64,000 nucleotides of DNA from Hyphomonas sp. (lineage in GTDB: Bacteria; Pseudomonadota; Alphaproteobacteria; Caulobacterales; Hyphomonadaceae), in the NCBI GenBank assembly GCA_040216775.1, contig JAVJOM010000047.1, forward strand, positions 25,941-89,940, given 5' to 3'. Positions 1 to 9,438 of the stretch are shown piece by piece. The first letter of the stretch is position 1. Each line of letters begins with the position of its first letter. The position numbers and the translations under genes were made by a program. The notes below the pieces were generated by a model that saw only the letters and a list, made by a program, of their open reading frames with translations, did not search any database and had not been told where the DNA came from.

Positions 1-543
1 CAGCTCGTAGCGTTCGAGTACGCGTTCCTCGACCCAGCGGGCGCCATCAAGACCGAAGGCAATTCGGGCGCGGTCCAGCCGCTGTTGGTTGCCGGACGCC
101 CATGTGTAGAGGTGGGGGGCAAGTTCAGCATCGATGATGGCAGGGCGACCATTGCGATGATCTTCCCACGGGAAGTAGCGGTACCAGCCCTGCCAGCGGG
201 CCTCGAACTGGTCGCCGGTGGGGGCGGCTTCGGGCATCAGGGCGAGGTATCCGACGGAGATGACCCGGGCAGATCGCGGCACATCGGCCAGCGAGGCCTC
301 GGGTGTTTCGCGGTCCTTGTCGCCGAATGTGTAGAGCTGTTCGACATAGCCGAGTTCGAAGCCGGTCTGCTCGCGCACCCAGACGCGCAGTGACAGGTCG
401 AATGTGCGGTGCTGTTCGGGGTCGAACGGGCCGAAGGGCAGGGCGTCTTCGCCCGTATCCCGCTGGGTGACGAGCACCAGCGGCATGTCATCGTGAACGG
501 CGACCATTACGGCAGACAGGCCAATCAGTACGGAATAGGTCAT
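1..543 (-). CDS. nadQ: NadQ/NrtR-like NUDIX-domain NAD regulator (COG4111-like); its 3' part runs off the window's left edge
   Basis: Not in the ORF track; read manually from ATG at 543: MTYSVLIGLSAVMVAV...LPFGPFDPEQHRTFDLSLRVWVREQTGFELGYVEQLYTFGDKDR...ISVGYLAL...WYRYFPWEDHR...ERVLERYEL. The frame stays open to position 1 and shares an ATGA overlap with the HD gene stop. Confidence 0.8.
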   Translation of the reverse strand, partial: MTYSVLIGLSAVMVAVHDDMPLVLVTQRDTGEDALPFGPFDPEQHRTFDLSLRVWVREQTGFELGYVEQLYTFGDKDRETPEASLADVPRSARVISVGYLALMPEAAPTGDQFEARWQGWYRYFPWEDHRNGRPAIIDAELAPHLYTWASGNQQRLDRARIAFGLDGARWVEERVLERYEL

Positions 544-1175
544 CGCCGCTTGCTCATTTCGTAATCATTGTGGATTTGGCTGTAGCGCGCAAGAAATGCC
601 GCCTGGGCCTCCGGAACAGCGAGTGGCTTCAGTTGGAGGCGAATGCCCTCGGGCGGCTTGCCGAAAAGCTTGTTTGATTCTTCTTCGGAGAATCCGGCCA
701 ACTGGACTGCTTCGAACCAGGCGGAAATATGATCGGCCTTCTTGATCAGCTTTTTGAGGCGGACGGGCGTCACTGGCGCGAGTTCGAACCGGATGTGAAT
801 GGCTTCCTGCAGGCGCGCCTCAATCGACTTGTAGCTTTCGCCGAGCAGCGCCTTGAAGGGTGAGATCATGTCACCGATCACATATTCGGGGCTGTCGTGC
901 AGCAGGGCTGTCATGCAGTCACGCGGGTTGAGGCCCGGCTGCAACTGTTGGCACAGCGATTCAACGATGACGGAATGCTCGGCCACCGAAAAGGCGTGGC
1001 CGCCCTTTGTCTGGCCGTTCCAGCGCGCGACGCGGGCCAGGCCATGCGCGATGTCCTCGATCTCGACATCCACCGGCGAGGGGTGGGCAAGGTCTAGCCG
1101 ACGCCCGGACAGCATACGCTGCCAGACGCGAGGAGGTTTAACAGAACGCTTCACTGGAGTGCTCATCAGGGCCAT
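540..1175 (-). CDS. HD-family hydrolase (YfbR-like 5'-deoxynucleotidase)
   Basis: WQRMLSGRRLDL, DIAHGLARVARWNGQT, SVAEHS and LLHDSPEYVIGD motifs. Confidence 0.9.
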   Translation of the reverse strand: MALMSTPVKRSVKPPRVWQRMLSGRRLDLAHPSPVDVEIEDIAHGLARVARWNGQTKGGHAFSVAEHSVIVESLCQQLQPGLNPRDCMTALLHDSPEYVIGDMISPFKALLGESYKSIEARLQEAIHIRFELAPVTPVRLKKLIKKADHISAWFEAVQLAGFSEEESNKLFGKPPEGIRLQLKPLAVPEAQAAFLARYSQIHNDYEMSKRR

Positions 1176-1341
1176 CTTTAAGCTATTGGTAGCAAGGGTA
1201 AAGAAACGGAGGCGTTCCGGTTACGAAGTGACCCCATTTCTGCCTCGATTGGAAAATCTGGTGTTAAGTCCTTTCAGGCATAACCATTGCATATCACACG
1301 CAATAGGCCGCCTCGAAATCCCGGCCGGGCAAGGACCAGAC

Positions 1342-1491
1342 ATGATCGACTTGATGAACCAGTTCGCTTCCGGCCAGACGCTGCCATTCTGCGTATTGCT
1401 TGGCGGCTGTATCATCGTTGTCGTCGAGGCCTTCCGCGCCAGCCGACGCGCCCTGTGGGGCGACATGTTCGCTGAAGATCTCGAAGAATAG
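1342..1491 (+). CDS. Small 49-aa putative membrane protein
   Basis: AAGGA RBS at 1331-1335 and ATG at 1342; MIDLMNQFASGQTLPFCVLLGGCIIVVVEAFRASRRALWGDMFAEDLEE has one hydrophobic segment and an acidic tail; fills the gap next to the convergent fabH. Confidence 0.6.
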   Translation: MIDLMNQFASGQTLPFCVLLGGCIIVVVEAFRASRRALWGDMFAEDLEE

Positions 1492-1500
1492 GCTTACGCC

Positions 1501-2622
1501 TCAGGCCGTCTTTTCGACAAAAACCGTCCCGGCTGAATACCCCGCACCGAATGAACAGATCAGGCCCTTGTCTCCGGCCGTGAAGTCTTCCGAATGCTTG
1601 TGGAAGGCGATGATGGACCCCGCCGAGGACGTATTGGCGTAGGTGTCGAGCACTGTGGGACTTTCATCCTCCGTGGCTTCGTGGCCGAGAACCTTTGAAG
1701 AGATCAGGCGGTTCATGTTGGCGTTTGCCTGATGCAGCCACATGCGACGCAGGTCAGCGCCTGACAGGCCAAGTTCGCGAAGGTGTTCGCCAATCATGTT
1801 GGCCACCATCGGCACCACTTCGCGGAACACCTTGCGGCCTTCCTGAACGAACAGCTTGTCCGGTGCGCCAATACCTTCCGGTGCGGCGCGGTTCAGGAAC
1901 CCGAAATTGTTGCGGATATTGTTCGAGAACTCGGTCTTCAGTTTCGTGCCGAGGATTTTCCAGTATCCGGCAGGTGCGATGCTTTCTTCCTCGACCAGCA
2001 CCGCGGTTGCCACATCACCAAAGATGAAATGGCTGTCGCGGTCGGTGAAGTTGAGATGGCCGGAGCAAATTTCCGGATTGACCATCAGGACGGATTTGGC
2101 ACTGCCGCTGCGGATGAAATCTGCCGCTGTCTGGATGCCGAACGTGGCCGACGAACAGGCGACATTCATGTCGAACGCAAAGCCACCGCAACCAAGCGCG
2201 GACTGAATTTCAACGGCCATGGCCGGATAGGCGCGCTGCATGTTCGAGGCGGCGCAAATTACTGCGTCCACGTCTTCCGGCTTGCGACCCGCCCGCTCCA
2301 GTGCCTGGCGTGCCGCGTGTACGGCCATTTCGGCCATGACGGAAATCTGCTCATTGGGGCGCTCGTCGATCCGTGGCGTCATCGTTCCGGGATCAATGAT
2401 CCCTTCCTTGTCGATCACGAAGCGCGACTTGATGCCGGACGCTTTTTCAATGAATTCGACGGAAGAGTGTGTTTTCGGATCCACTGTGCCCGCGCCGATT
2501 TCGGCGGCATAGGCGACATTCCAATTGTCGGCCCACGCATTGTAGCTTTCGACGAGTTCTTCATTGGAAATCGAGTGGGGTGGCGTCCAGAGACCGGTCG
2601 CCGATATGACTGCAGTTTTCAT
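1501..2622 (-). CDS. fabH: Beta-ketoacyl-ACP synthase III (long FabH-like type)
   Basis: Catalytic Cys-His-Asn motifs DMNVACSSATFG, WLHQAN, YANTSSAG; C-terminal SFGAGYS. Confidence 0.9.
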   Translation of the reverse strand: MKTAVISATGLWTPPHSISNEELVESYNAWADNWNVAYAAEIGAGTVDPKTHSSVEFIEKASGIKSRFVIDKEGIIDPGTMTPRIDERPNEQISVMAEMAVHAARQALERAGRKPEDVDAVICAASNMQRAYPAMAVEIQSALGCGGFAFDMNVACSSATFGIQTAADFIRSGSAKSVLMVNPEICSGHLNFTDRDSHFIFGDVATAVLVEEESIAPAGYWKILGTKLKTEFSNNIRNNFGFLNRAAPEGIGAPDKLFVQEGRKVFREVVPMVANMIGEHLRELGLSGADLRRMWLHQANANMNRLISSKVLGHEATEDESPTVLDTYANTSSAGSIIAFHKHSEDFTAGDKGLICSFGAGYSAGTVFVEKTA

Positions 2623-2731
2623 CTTGCCCTCTGGGTGAGCGCGGTGAAGTCCGCGCCTCGAATGATCGCTAATTCAATGCACTAGGTCTAAACCGCGTTG
2701 GGCTCCCGGTCGAGAGAAGACATGCGCGCGG

Positions 2732-3040
2732 TTATTTTGGCCAATGCAGCCCGGAATCGGTCGTCTGCTTGGCGACGTCGGACGGAACGCCATACGCTTC
2801 AGCCTGTGCCTGACGATCCTCGGCGGCCTGTTGTTTAGCCTGAATGCTGTCGGCCTCGGCACGGTCGGCGGCTTCCAGCAGCGCGACTTGCGTGGTGATG
2901 CAGGATGCACGGGCTTCAGGGCCTGGCGAGCTGGCGCATCGGTTCCAAGCGACTTGTTGGCGGTATTCCGGGCCCGATGTAGCAGCGCAGGCGGCGAGGA
3001 GCGGGAGACTGGCGAGCGTAATGATGGCGAAACGTTTCAT
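2732..3040 (-). CDS. Putative lipoprotein
   Basis: GGAG RBS; MKRFAIITLASLPLLAAC lipobox; a Cys pair in the mature part. Confidence 0.75.
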   Translation of the reverse strand: MKRFAIITLASLPLLAACAATSGPEYRQQVAWNRCASSPGPEARASCITTQVALLEAADRAEADSIQAKQQAAEDRQAQAEAYGVPSDVAKQTTDSGLHWPK

Positions 3041-3042
3041 GA

Positions 3043-3621
3043 TCAGGACTCCTGTACAGCTTTGTGCCGTGGGCAAGTTACATCATGGTCATTGACCATG
3101 CCAACGGCCTGCGCCCACGCATAGACGATTGTCGGCCCGACAAATTTGAAACCCCGTTTTTTGAGGTCCTTCGACATGTCGGTTGACCAGTCCGTGAATG
3201 TCGGGGCCTTCCGGAAATCTTCCCAGCTATTGACGATGGGCTGGCCGCCGACCCAGCTCCAGCAATAGTCCGAGAAGTCCTCTCCCGCTGCCGCCATGTC
3301 CAGAAAGGCGCGCGCATTGCCGATTGTGGCTTCGATCTTTTTCGGGCTGCGGATGATGCCGGGGTTCTGGAGGGCTTTCGCGATGCGGGTCGGGGTCCAC
3401 CGGACGAGGCGTTCAGGCTCGAAACCGTCAAATTCCTCGCGGATGGATTCGCGTTTGCGCAGGATGGTGATCCATGAAAGCCCGGCCTGCATGCCATCCA
3501 ATTGGAGCTTTTCCCACAGCGCGCGCGAGTCCCGCTCGGGCACACCCCATTCCGTGTCGTGGTAGCCGCGATAGAGCGCGTCATTCATGGGGGCCCAGGC
3601 GCAGTAGGGGGCGTCAGCCAT
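3043..3621 (-). CDS. tag: DNA-3-methyladenine glycosylase I
   Basis: CAW...YHDTEWGVP, QAGLSWITILRKR, GIIRSPKKIEA, LKKRGFKFVGPT, NDHDVTC; start placed at MADAPYC. Confidence 0.93.
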   Translation of the reverse strand: MADAPYCAWAPMNDALYRGYHDTEWGVPERDSRALWEKLQLDGMQAGLSWITILRKRESIREEFDGFEPERLVRWTPTRIAKALQNPGIIRSPKKIEATIGNARAFLDMAAAGEDFSDYCWSWVGGQPIVNSWEDFRKAPTFTDWSTDMSKDLKKRGFKFVGPTIVYAWAQAVGMVNDHDVTCPRHKAVQES

Positions 3622-4423
3622 TGGCGGCCGCCAGCGCGATAAGTTCGAGATCGAGCCAGGATGGACGGTCGATGGTGAGCGGGCGACCGCCACAGGTGAA
3701 GGCATGACCTGCGCGCTCAGCCGAGACCAGCCGGTCGGTGCGGATCAGCGCAAGGCCGCTGTTTCCGGATACGCTGGTGATGGTGCCGATGGAGGAACCT
3801 GCGAGAACGTCGGCCCCTTTCTTCAGGCTGTCACCGTGAACCGGGAGGGTGCGTTTGCGGATCTTGCCCTTGCGCTTCATGCGGCTGGCGACTTCCTGGC
3901 CGACGAAACAGCCTTTCTTGTAATCGATGCCGCCCATGACATCCATATTCACGTCAGTGGGGAAAACGTCGGACGAGCGATAATCAGCCCCCCATTCGGG
4001 GACGCCAGCGGCAACGCGGGCGGCGTGCCATTCCTCGTAGGGCATTTCGAGGCCGATCTCGGCTTTCGGAGAAATGGCGCGGTGGGGCAGATGGGTGGAG
4101 CGAACATCGACCCAGCTGCCTTCGCTGACAACATCATCGGTGAGGCGCTCGATGACAACGTCTGAGCGCAGGCGGAACAGTTTGAGACGCTTCTCAAGAT
4201 CATCTGCGGCGTCGCTGTGCACATCGATATAGATGTTGTCGAGCGACAGCATGGCCAGATAATCGGCGATAACCTTGCCCTGGGGGGTAAGCAGTGCGCC
4301 ATAGCGCATCTCGCCTGTGTTCCAGTTGTCGACGGAATGCGTGACCGTGCGGTCGAGCAGGGCCAGCATATCGGGGCCGGAGAGGCGGATGATGGATCGG
4401 TCGGGAAGGGCGCGCTTTGTCAT
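3614..4423 (-). CDS. ygfZ: Folate-binding Fe-S assembly/repair protein YgfZ
   Basis: LLTPQGKVIAD and the KGCFVGQE signature. Confidence 0.92.
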   Translation of the reverse strand: MTKRALPDRSIIRLSGPDMLALLDRTVTHSVDNWNTGEMRYGALLTPQGKVIADYLAMLSLDNIYIDVHSDAADDLEKRLKLFRLRSDVVIERLTDDVVSEGSWVDVRSTHLPHRAISPKAEIGLEMPYEEWHAARVAAGVPEWGADYRSSDVFPTDVNMDVMGGIDYKKGCFVGQEVASRMKRKGKIRKRTLPVHGDSLKKGADVLAGSSIGTITSVSGNSGLALIRTDRLVSAERAGHAFTCGGRPLTIDRPSWLDLELIALAAANG

Positions 4424-4535
4424 GGGCGCAACCTAGGGCGCGCGGCCCTGTTTGTCAGTGTCTTTCGTGTCCTGTCTGCGTGGGAGTGCACTTGTACGGG
4501 ATGACAGGTGTGCCGCGCGGTAGCATATAGGGGGC

Positions 4536-5876
4536 ATGACCATGACATATGACCTGATCCTGCGTGGCGGCACAGTCGCCACACCCGGCGGCGAAACTCG
4601 CAGCGATATTGGCGTTCGCGGCGAGCGAATTGTCTCGATTGGCGACCTGACGGGCGCCAGCGCGGGCGAAACGTATGACGCGACCGGCCTGCACATCCTG
4701 CCCGGTGTAATCGACAGCCAGGTTCATTTCCGCGAACCGGGACTGGACTGGAAGGAAGACCTGGAAACCGGCGCACGATCTGCGGCGCTGGGCGGCGTGG
4801 TGGCGGTGTTTGAAATGCCGAACACCAACCCGTCGACGACCAGCCCGGAAATGCTGGCCGACAAGCTGGCCCGCGCCAAGGGGCGCATGGACATTGACCA
4901 CGCCTTCTATGCGGGCGCGACCCACCACAATGTTGGCGTGCTGGCCGAGATGGAGGCCACGCCGGGCTGCTGCGGCGTGAAAGTGTTCATGGGCGCGTCG
5001 ACGGGCGACCTGCTGGTGCAGGATGACGCCGGCGTCGAGGCCGTGCTGCGTGCGATCAAGCGCCGGGCCGCGTTCCATTCCGAAGATGAATACCGCCTGG
5101 CAGAGCGACGCGAACTGGCGGTGACGGGCGACTGGCAGAGCCATATCGTGGTGCGCGATGTGGAAGCGGCGGTTTCGTCGACGCGGCGCCTGTTGCGGAT
5201 CGCGCGGGCGTGCGGGAAACGTATCCATGTGCTGCACATTTCCACCGCCGAAGAGATGGAATTGCTGCGCGACGCCAAGGATGTGGCCAGTGTGGAAGTG
5301 CTGCCGAACCACCTGACGCTGGCAGCGCCGGATTGCTACGAACGCCTGAAGGGCTATGCGCAGCAGAACCCGCCTGTGCGCGAGGCACACCATCGCGACG
5401 CGCTGTGGCGCGCGCTTAATGCCGGGATTGTCGATGTGCTGGCCACCGACCACGCGCCGCACACGATTGAGGAAAAAGAGCGGCCCTATCCGGCGAGCCC
5501 CAGTGGCATGCCGGGCGTTCAGACATTTGTGCCGGTGATGCTGACCCATGTGAATGACGGCAAGCTGAGCCTGCAGCGTTTTGTCGAGCTGACCAGCGCC
5601 GGGCCGCAACGTGTGTTCGGCCTGGCCGACAAAGGGCGCATCGCCGAGGGCTATCATGCCGACTTCACGGTCGTGGACCTGAGGCGCAAGGAAACCATCA
5701 CGGCGGAATGGTCGAAATCGAAATGCGGCTGGACCCAGTTTGACGGGTTCGAGGCAACCGGCTGGCCGGTGGCCACCATCGTGCGCGGCGGCTTTGTGAT
5801 GCGTGACGGCGAGATCGTCGCCAAAGGTGGCGGCAAGCCTGTGCGCTTCAACGAGACGCTGGAGCCGCAGGATTGA
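4536..5876 (+). CDS. pyrC: Dihydroorotase
   Basis: DSQVHFREPG, EMPNTNP and ATDHAPH amidohydrolase motifs; divergent from ygfZ as in other alphaproteobacteria. Confidence 0.88.
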   Translation: MTMTYDLILRGGTVATPGGETRSDIGVRGERIVSIGDLTGASAGETYDATGLHILPGVIDSQVHFREPGLDWKEDLETGARSAALGGVVAVFEMPNTNPSTTSPEMLADKLARAKGRMDIDHAFYAGATHHNVGVLAEMEATPGCCGVKVFMGASTGDLLVQDDAGVEAVLRAIKRRAAFHSEDEYRLAERRELAVTGDWQSHIVVRDVEAAVSSTRRLLRIARACGKRIHVLHISTAEEMELLRDAKDVASVEVLPNHLTLAAPDCYERLKGYAQQNPPVREAHHRDALWRALNAGIVDVLATDHAPHTIEEKERPYPASPSGMPGVQTFVPVMLTHVNDGKLSLQRFVELTSAGPQRVFGLADKGRIAEGYHADFTVVDLRRKETITAEWSKSKCGWTQFDGFEATGWPVATIVRGGFVMRDGEIVAKGGGKPVRFNETLEPQD

Positions 5877-6460
5877 ATCTACCGGCCCGATTGCTGGATG
5901 GCTTGAAGGCCCGCTACGGCGAGCCGCAGCGCCACTATCACACATGGGATCATATTGGCGCGTTGAAGCGCCATTATGACGATCTTTCCGCCCATTGGCA
6001 CAGGCCCGTTCCCGTGCTCTGGGCACTCTACTGGCACGATGCAATCTACGACCCTACTGCATCCGATAACGAGGAATTGAGCGCTCAGTTGCTGGAAGCG
6101 GAGGGTAGCAGCGTGCTCGCGGAGGATGACCTCGCACTCGCTGCGCAGATCATCCGCGCAACCGCGAAGCACGAAATCCCTAGCGGGCTGGATCCAGACG
6201 ACGAAAACGATCTCGCTCTGTTCCTGGACATTGATCTCTCGATCCTCGGGGCCCCGGCGCCTGTATTCGACCAGTACGAAGCGGATGTGCGGGCGGAGTA
6301 TGCTTTCGTGCCGGATGAGGCGTTCCGGGCTGGTCGCCTGCGGATACTGAATTCGTTTGCGGATCGTGAGACGATCTATTTCACCAAGGCGGGCCAGAAC
6401 CGGTGGGATCAACAGGCCCGGGCCAATCTGGGGCGGTCGATTGCGCGATTGCAGCCCTGA
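5873..6460 (+). CDS. Predicted metal-dependent HD-superfamily phosphohydrolase (COG4339-like)
   Basis: YGEPQRHYHTWDH, WHDAIYDP, NEELSA, DIDLSILG, VRAEYAFVPD. Confidence 0.88.
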   Translation: MNLPARLLDGLKARYGEPQRHYHTWDHIGALKRHYDDLSAHWHRPVPVLWALYWHDAIYDPTASDNEELSAQLLEAEGSSVLAEDDLALAAQIIRATAKHEIPSGLDPDDENDLALFLDIDLSILGAPAPVFDQYEADVRAEYAFVPDEAFRAGRLRILNSFADRETIYFTKAGQNRWDQQARANLGRSIARLQP

Positions 6461-6534
6461 ATGCCAACCTGTCTCTCTCGGCGTGACAGTGTCATCCTGA
6501 TTGGCCATAAAGGCGGGTCGGAGGCAAAATCTGC

Positions 6535-7317
6535 ATGAGTGACCGTAAGGGGCTGAACCGGGGGCTGTTCTGGCTGTACGAGGGGCATGGCCGCGGGCCG
6601 TTCCTGTTCCGTTGGGGCATGCTGATCTTCGACTTTGCGACGATCATCTACTTCCTGCTGGCACCGTTCGCGGAGCGGGGACCGCGCCATTTTGCCATCG
6701 ATTATGTGATCGGCGCAGTAATCCTGTTCGATCTTGTGTCCCGGTTCTACATTGCCAGGTCGAAGCGCAAATTCCTGATGCGGTTCCTGCCCTGGGCCGA
6801 CCTGATTGTGGTGATCACCATGTTTGCGCCGCTACTCGTGGCGAACCTGGCTTTCCTGCGCGTCCTGAGGGCCGTGCGGGCGATCCGGGCGTTTACGTTC
6901 ATCAAACGTGCCGGGAAAATGTGGGGCTTCGTGCAGCAGCATGAACAGGTGATCGACCGGATAACGAACCTGATCGTGTTCATCTTCATCATGGCGGCGC
7001 TGGTCTATGTTTCGCAGGTCCGTATCAATGACGGTATCAACTCCTATCTCGACGCGCTTTATTTCACGGTCACCAGCCTGACGACGACAGGCTATGGCGA
7101 TGTGCTGCTGGTGGGTGAAAGCGGCAAACTCATCGCCATCGTTATCATGGTGCTGGGCCTGACCCTGTTCCTTCGACTTGTTCGGGCCGTATTGCGGCCG
7201 ACAGACAAGGTTGAAGAAGAATGCAGTGTGTGTGGCCTGTCCATGCACGACCCTGACGCCGTTCACTGCAAGCATTGCGGCGCGGTTATCCACATCCCGA
7301 CAAAAGGCATGACATGA
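6535..7317 (+). CDS. Voltage-gated-type potassium channel protein
   Basis: S4-like FLRVLRAVRAIR; pore TTTGYGD; C-terminal CxxC...CxxC. Confidence 0.9.
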   Translation: MSDRKGLNRGLFWLYEGHGRGPFLFRWGMLIFDFATIIYFLLAPFAERGPRHFAIDYVIGAVILFDLVSRFYIARSKRKFLMRFLPWADLIVVITMFAPLLVANLAFLRVLRAVRAIRAFTFIKRAGKMWGFVQQHEQVIDRITNLIVFIFIMAALVYVSQVRINDGINSYLDALYFTVTSLTTTGYGDVLLVGESGKLIAIVIMVLGLTLFLRLVRAVLRPTDKVEEECSVCGLSMHDPDAVHCKHCGAVIHIPTKGMT

Positions 7318-9185
7318 GCACCTCAAACCTACCCTTCCGCGAAGTGCCATATCTTCCATTGAAGCTGGATGTGGACCGTCGCGCCGATGGCACGATCTAT
7401 TTGAACAATGGTCAGCCCCTGAAGGCGTACCCGCCGCACCTGCTGGCACCGCTGGTCAAGTGGGCGACCGAAGCACCCGATCGGATATGGCTGGCTGAAC
7501 GGGTTCCGGAAGACCCGCAGCGCGAGGGCTGGCGGGAGATGACCTATGCCGAGGGTTTGCTGCGCGTCAGGCGTCTGGCGCAGGCCTTTATCGAGGCGGG
7601 AGCCGGGCCGGATGCGCCCCTGATGATCCTGTCGAAGAACGCGATCGACCATGCGCTGGTGATGTATGCCGCGATGTGGGCTGGCAGCCCGGTCGTGCCG
7701 GTAACCCCCGCCTATGCCTTGCTGAGCGAAGACTTCGCGCGCCTGAAATATATCGACCAGCTGACCGGGCCAAAATTCATCTATGTCGAGGACGGCGCCG
7801 AATATCAGCGTGGTCTGGATGGCATGGGCGTGGGCAACCGGCTGGTGCTGTACAGCCGAAACGAACCGAAGGGATGTGACTGCGTCAATATCGGTCGCTT
7901 TGCCAAGGAGCCGACCGACGCTGTCGATGCGGCCTATGCGGCGCTGAAGCCGGAGACGGTTGCGAAATACATGCTGACATCTGGCTCGACCGGTGAGCCG
8001 AAGGCGGTGATCAACCTGCACGGGATGGTTGCGGCGAATGCCAAGATGATCCGTTCGGTGTGGGATGAAGACCGCCTGAACGAGATCACCGGCGGGCCGC
8101 AGGTGATGTGCAACTTCCTGCCGTGGAGCCATACCTATGGCGCGCACTCGATCCTGCATAACATGCTCGATTGGGGCGGAACATTGTATCTGGACCAGGG
8201 CGCACCGACACCGGCGCGCCTGCCGGAAATGATCCGGAACCTGAAGGAAATCCCGACGACGCAGCACACGACCGTGCCGGCTGCCTGGGCGGCGCTGGCA
8301 ACCGAACTGGAGCGGGACGAAGACCTCGCGCAGGCCTTCTTCTCGCGTCTGAACTGCATGGCCTATGGCGGCGCGGCGATGGGGCAGGATATTTATGAGC
8401 GCATCCAGGAGGTGGCGGTTCGGGTGACGGGCGAGCGCATCTCCTTGTCGGCTGGCTATGGCGCGACCGAAACCGCACCGACCGCATCAAATGTGCACTG
8501 GCCGAATGATGTGATGGGCCTGATCGGGCTGCCGCTTCCGGGCAACACATTCAAGCTGGTGCCGAACGCGGAGAAGCTGGAGTTGCGCGTGAAGGGGGTG
8601 AACGTGACGCCCGGCTACTACCGCAATCCGGAACGCACCGCCGAGGCGTTTGACGAAGAGGGCTATTACCGGTTGGGCGACGCGGTGCGGTTTGTCGACC
8701 CTGAGCATCCCGAAAAGGGCCTCGCATTCGACGGCCGGACAGCAGAGGAATTCAAGCTGGCAAGCGGAACATGGGTGTCGGCGGGCACGGTGCGGGTGCA
8801 GGCGGTGGCAGCGACCGGGGGGGCGTTGTCCGACGCGGTTGTATGCGGGCTGAATCGCAACGAAATCTGCCTGCTCGGTTTTCTCAACGAGGCGTGGTGC
8901 CAGAGACTTGTTGGCGAAGCCCTGCCGCTGGCAGAGCTGGCGCATCATCCGAAAGTCATGGAAGCGGTGAAAGCCGGTTTGCAGAAGCACAACGCGGCCA
9001 ATCCGAAACCGTCAGCGCGAATCGCCCGACTCCTGCTTCAGGAAACACCGCCGCAGGCGGATGCCGGAGAGATCACCGAAAAAGGATATATGAACCAGGG
9101 ACGCACGCTGGACCTGAGAAAAGACCAGGTAGAGATGCTTTATGCGAGTTCTGTATTTGATGCGGTAGTCACTATAGGCGTTTAA
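7314..9185 (+). CDS. Feruloyl-CoA synthase-like AMP-dependent acyl-CoA ligase
   Basis: TSGSTGEPKAV, GYGATETAP, YYRLGDAV, GEITEKGYMNQ; ATG 7314 overlaps the upstream stop (ATGA). Confidence 0.85.
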   Translation: MSTSNLPFREVPYLPLKLDVDRRADGTIYLNNGQPLKAYPPHLLAPLVKWATEAPDRIWLAERVPEDPQREGWREMTYAEGLLRVRRLAQAFIEAGAGPDAPLMILSKNAIDHALVMYAAMWAGSPVVPVTPAYALLSEDFARLKYIDQLTGPKFIYVEDGAEYQRGLDGMGVGNRLVLYSRNEPKGCDCVNIGRFAKEPTDAVDAAYAALKPETVAKYMLTSGSTGEPKAVINLHGMVAANAKMIRSVWDEDRLNEITGGPQVMCNFLPWSHTYGAHSILHNMLDWGGTLYLDQGAPTPARLPEMIRNLKEIPTTQHTTVPAAWAALATELERDEDLAQAFFSRLNCMAYGGAAMGQDIYERIQEVAVRVTGERISLSAGYGATETAPTASNVHWPNDVMGLIGLPLPGNTFKLVPNAEKLELRVKGVNVTPGYYRNPERTAEAFDEEGYYRLGDAVRFVDPEHPEKGLAFDGRTAEEFKLASGTWVSAGTVRVQAVAATGGALSDAVVCGLNRNEICLLGFLNEAWCQRLVGEALPLAELAHHPKVMEAVKAGLQKHNAANPKPSARIARLLLQETPPQADAGEITEKGYMNQGRTLDLRKDQVEMLYASSVFDAVVTIGV

Positions 9186-9438
9186 TTCGAAAAACTCGTG
9201 ACGCTAGTCTCAATTTTTCCGAAATCAGCGTCGCAATTTCTCTGAGCTATACTTACAATGACTTGGAGCCGCCCGTCCCCATTTGGCGGCTCCAGCCAAA
9301 TCCCCTTTGGCTGGCGGGCGGATCGCAAAGTTGCCGGTATGAACACCACGTCTGCCCCGGTCTTCGCGATCCGTCCCGCTTTGACCCTCTGATCGAACGC
9401 GCTAGACAAGCGCTGAAACAATCAAGGGCAGGACCACA

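Noticed and set aside
85-491. Track ORFs 85-393 (+) and 237-491 (-)
   Set aside because: The real gene is the nadQ-like frame 543-to-1, which the track missed because it runs off the edge.
4455-6044. Long antisense ORFs (for example 4455-6044, 28029-29267, 36495-37652 and the 5' part of 57921-59645)
   Set aside because: They are shadows of real high-GC genes on the opposite strand and have no motifs or RBS.
9258-9392. Attenuator leader peptide upstream of the ALS-like gene
   Set aside because: The 44-codon ORF has no Ile/Leu/Val run, no RBS and no U-tailed terminator.
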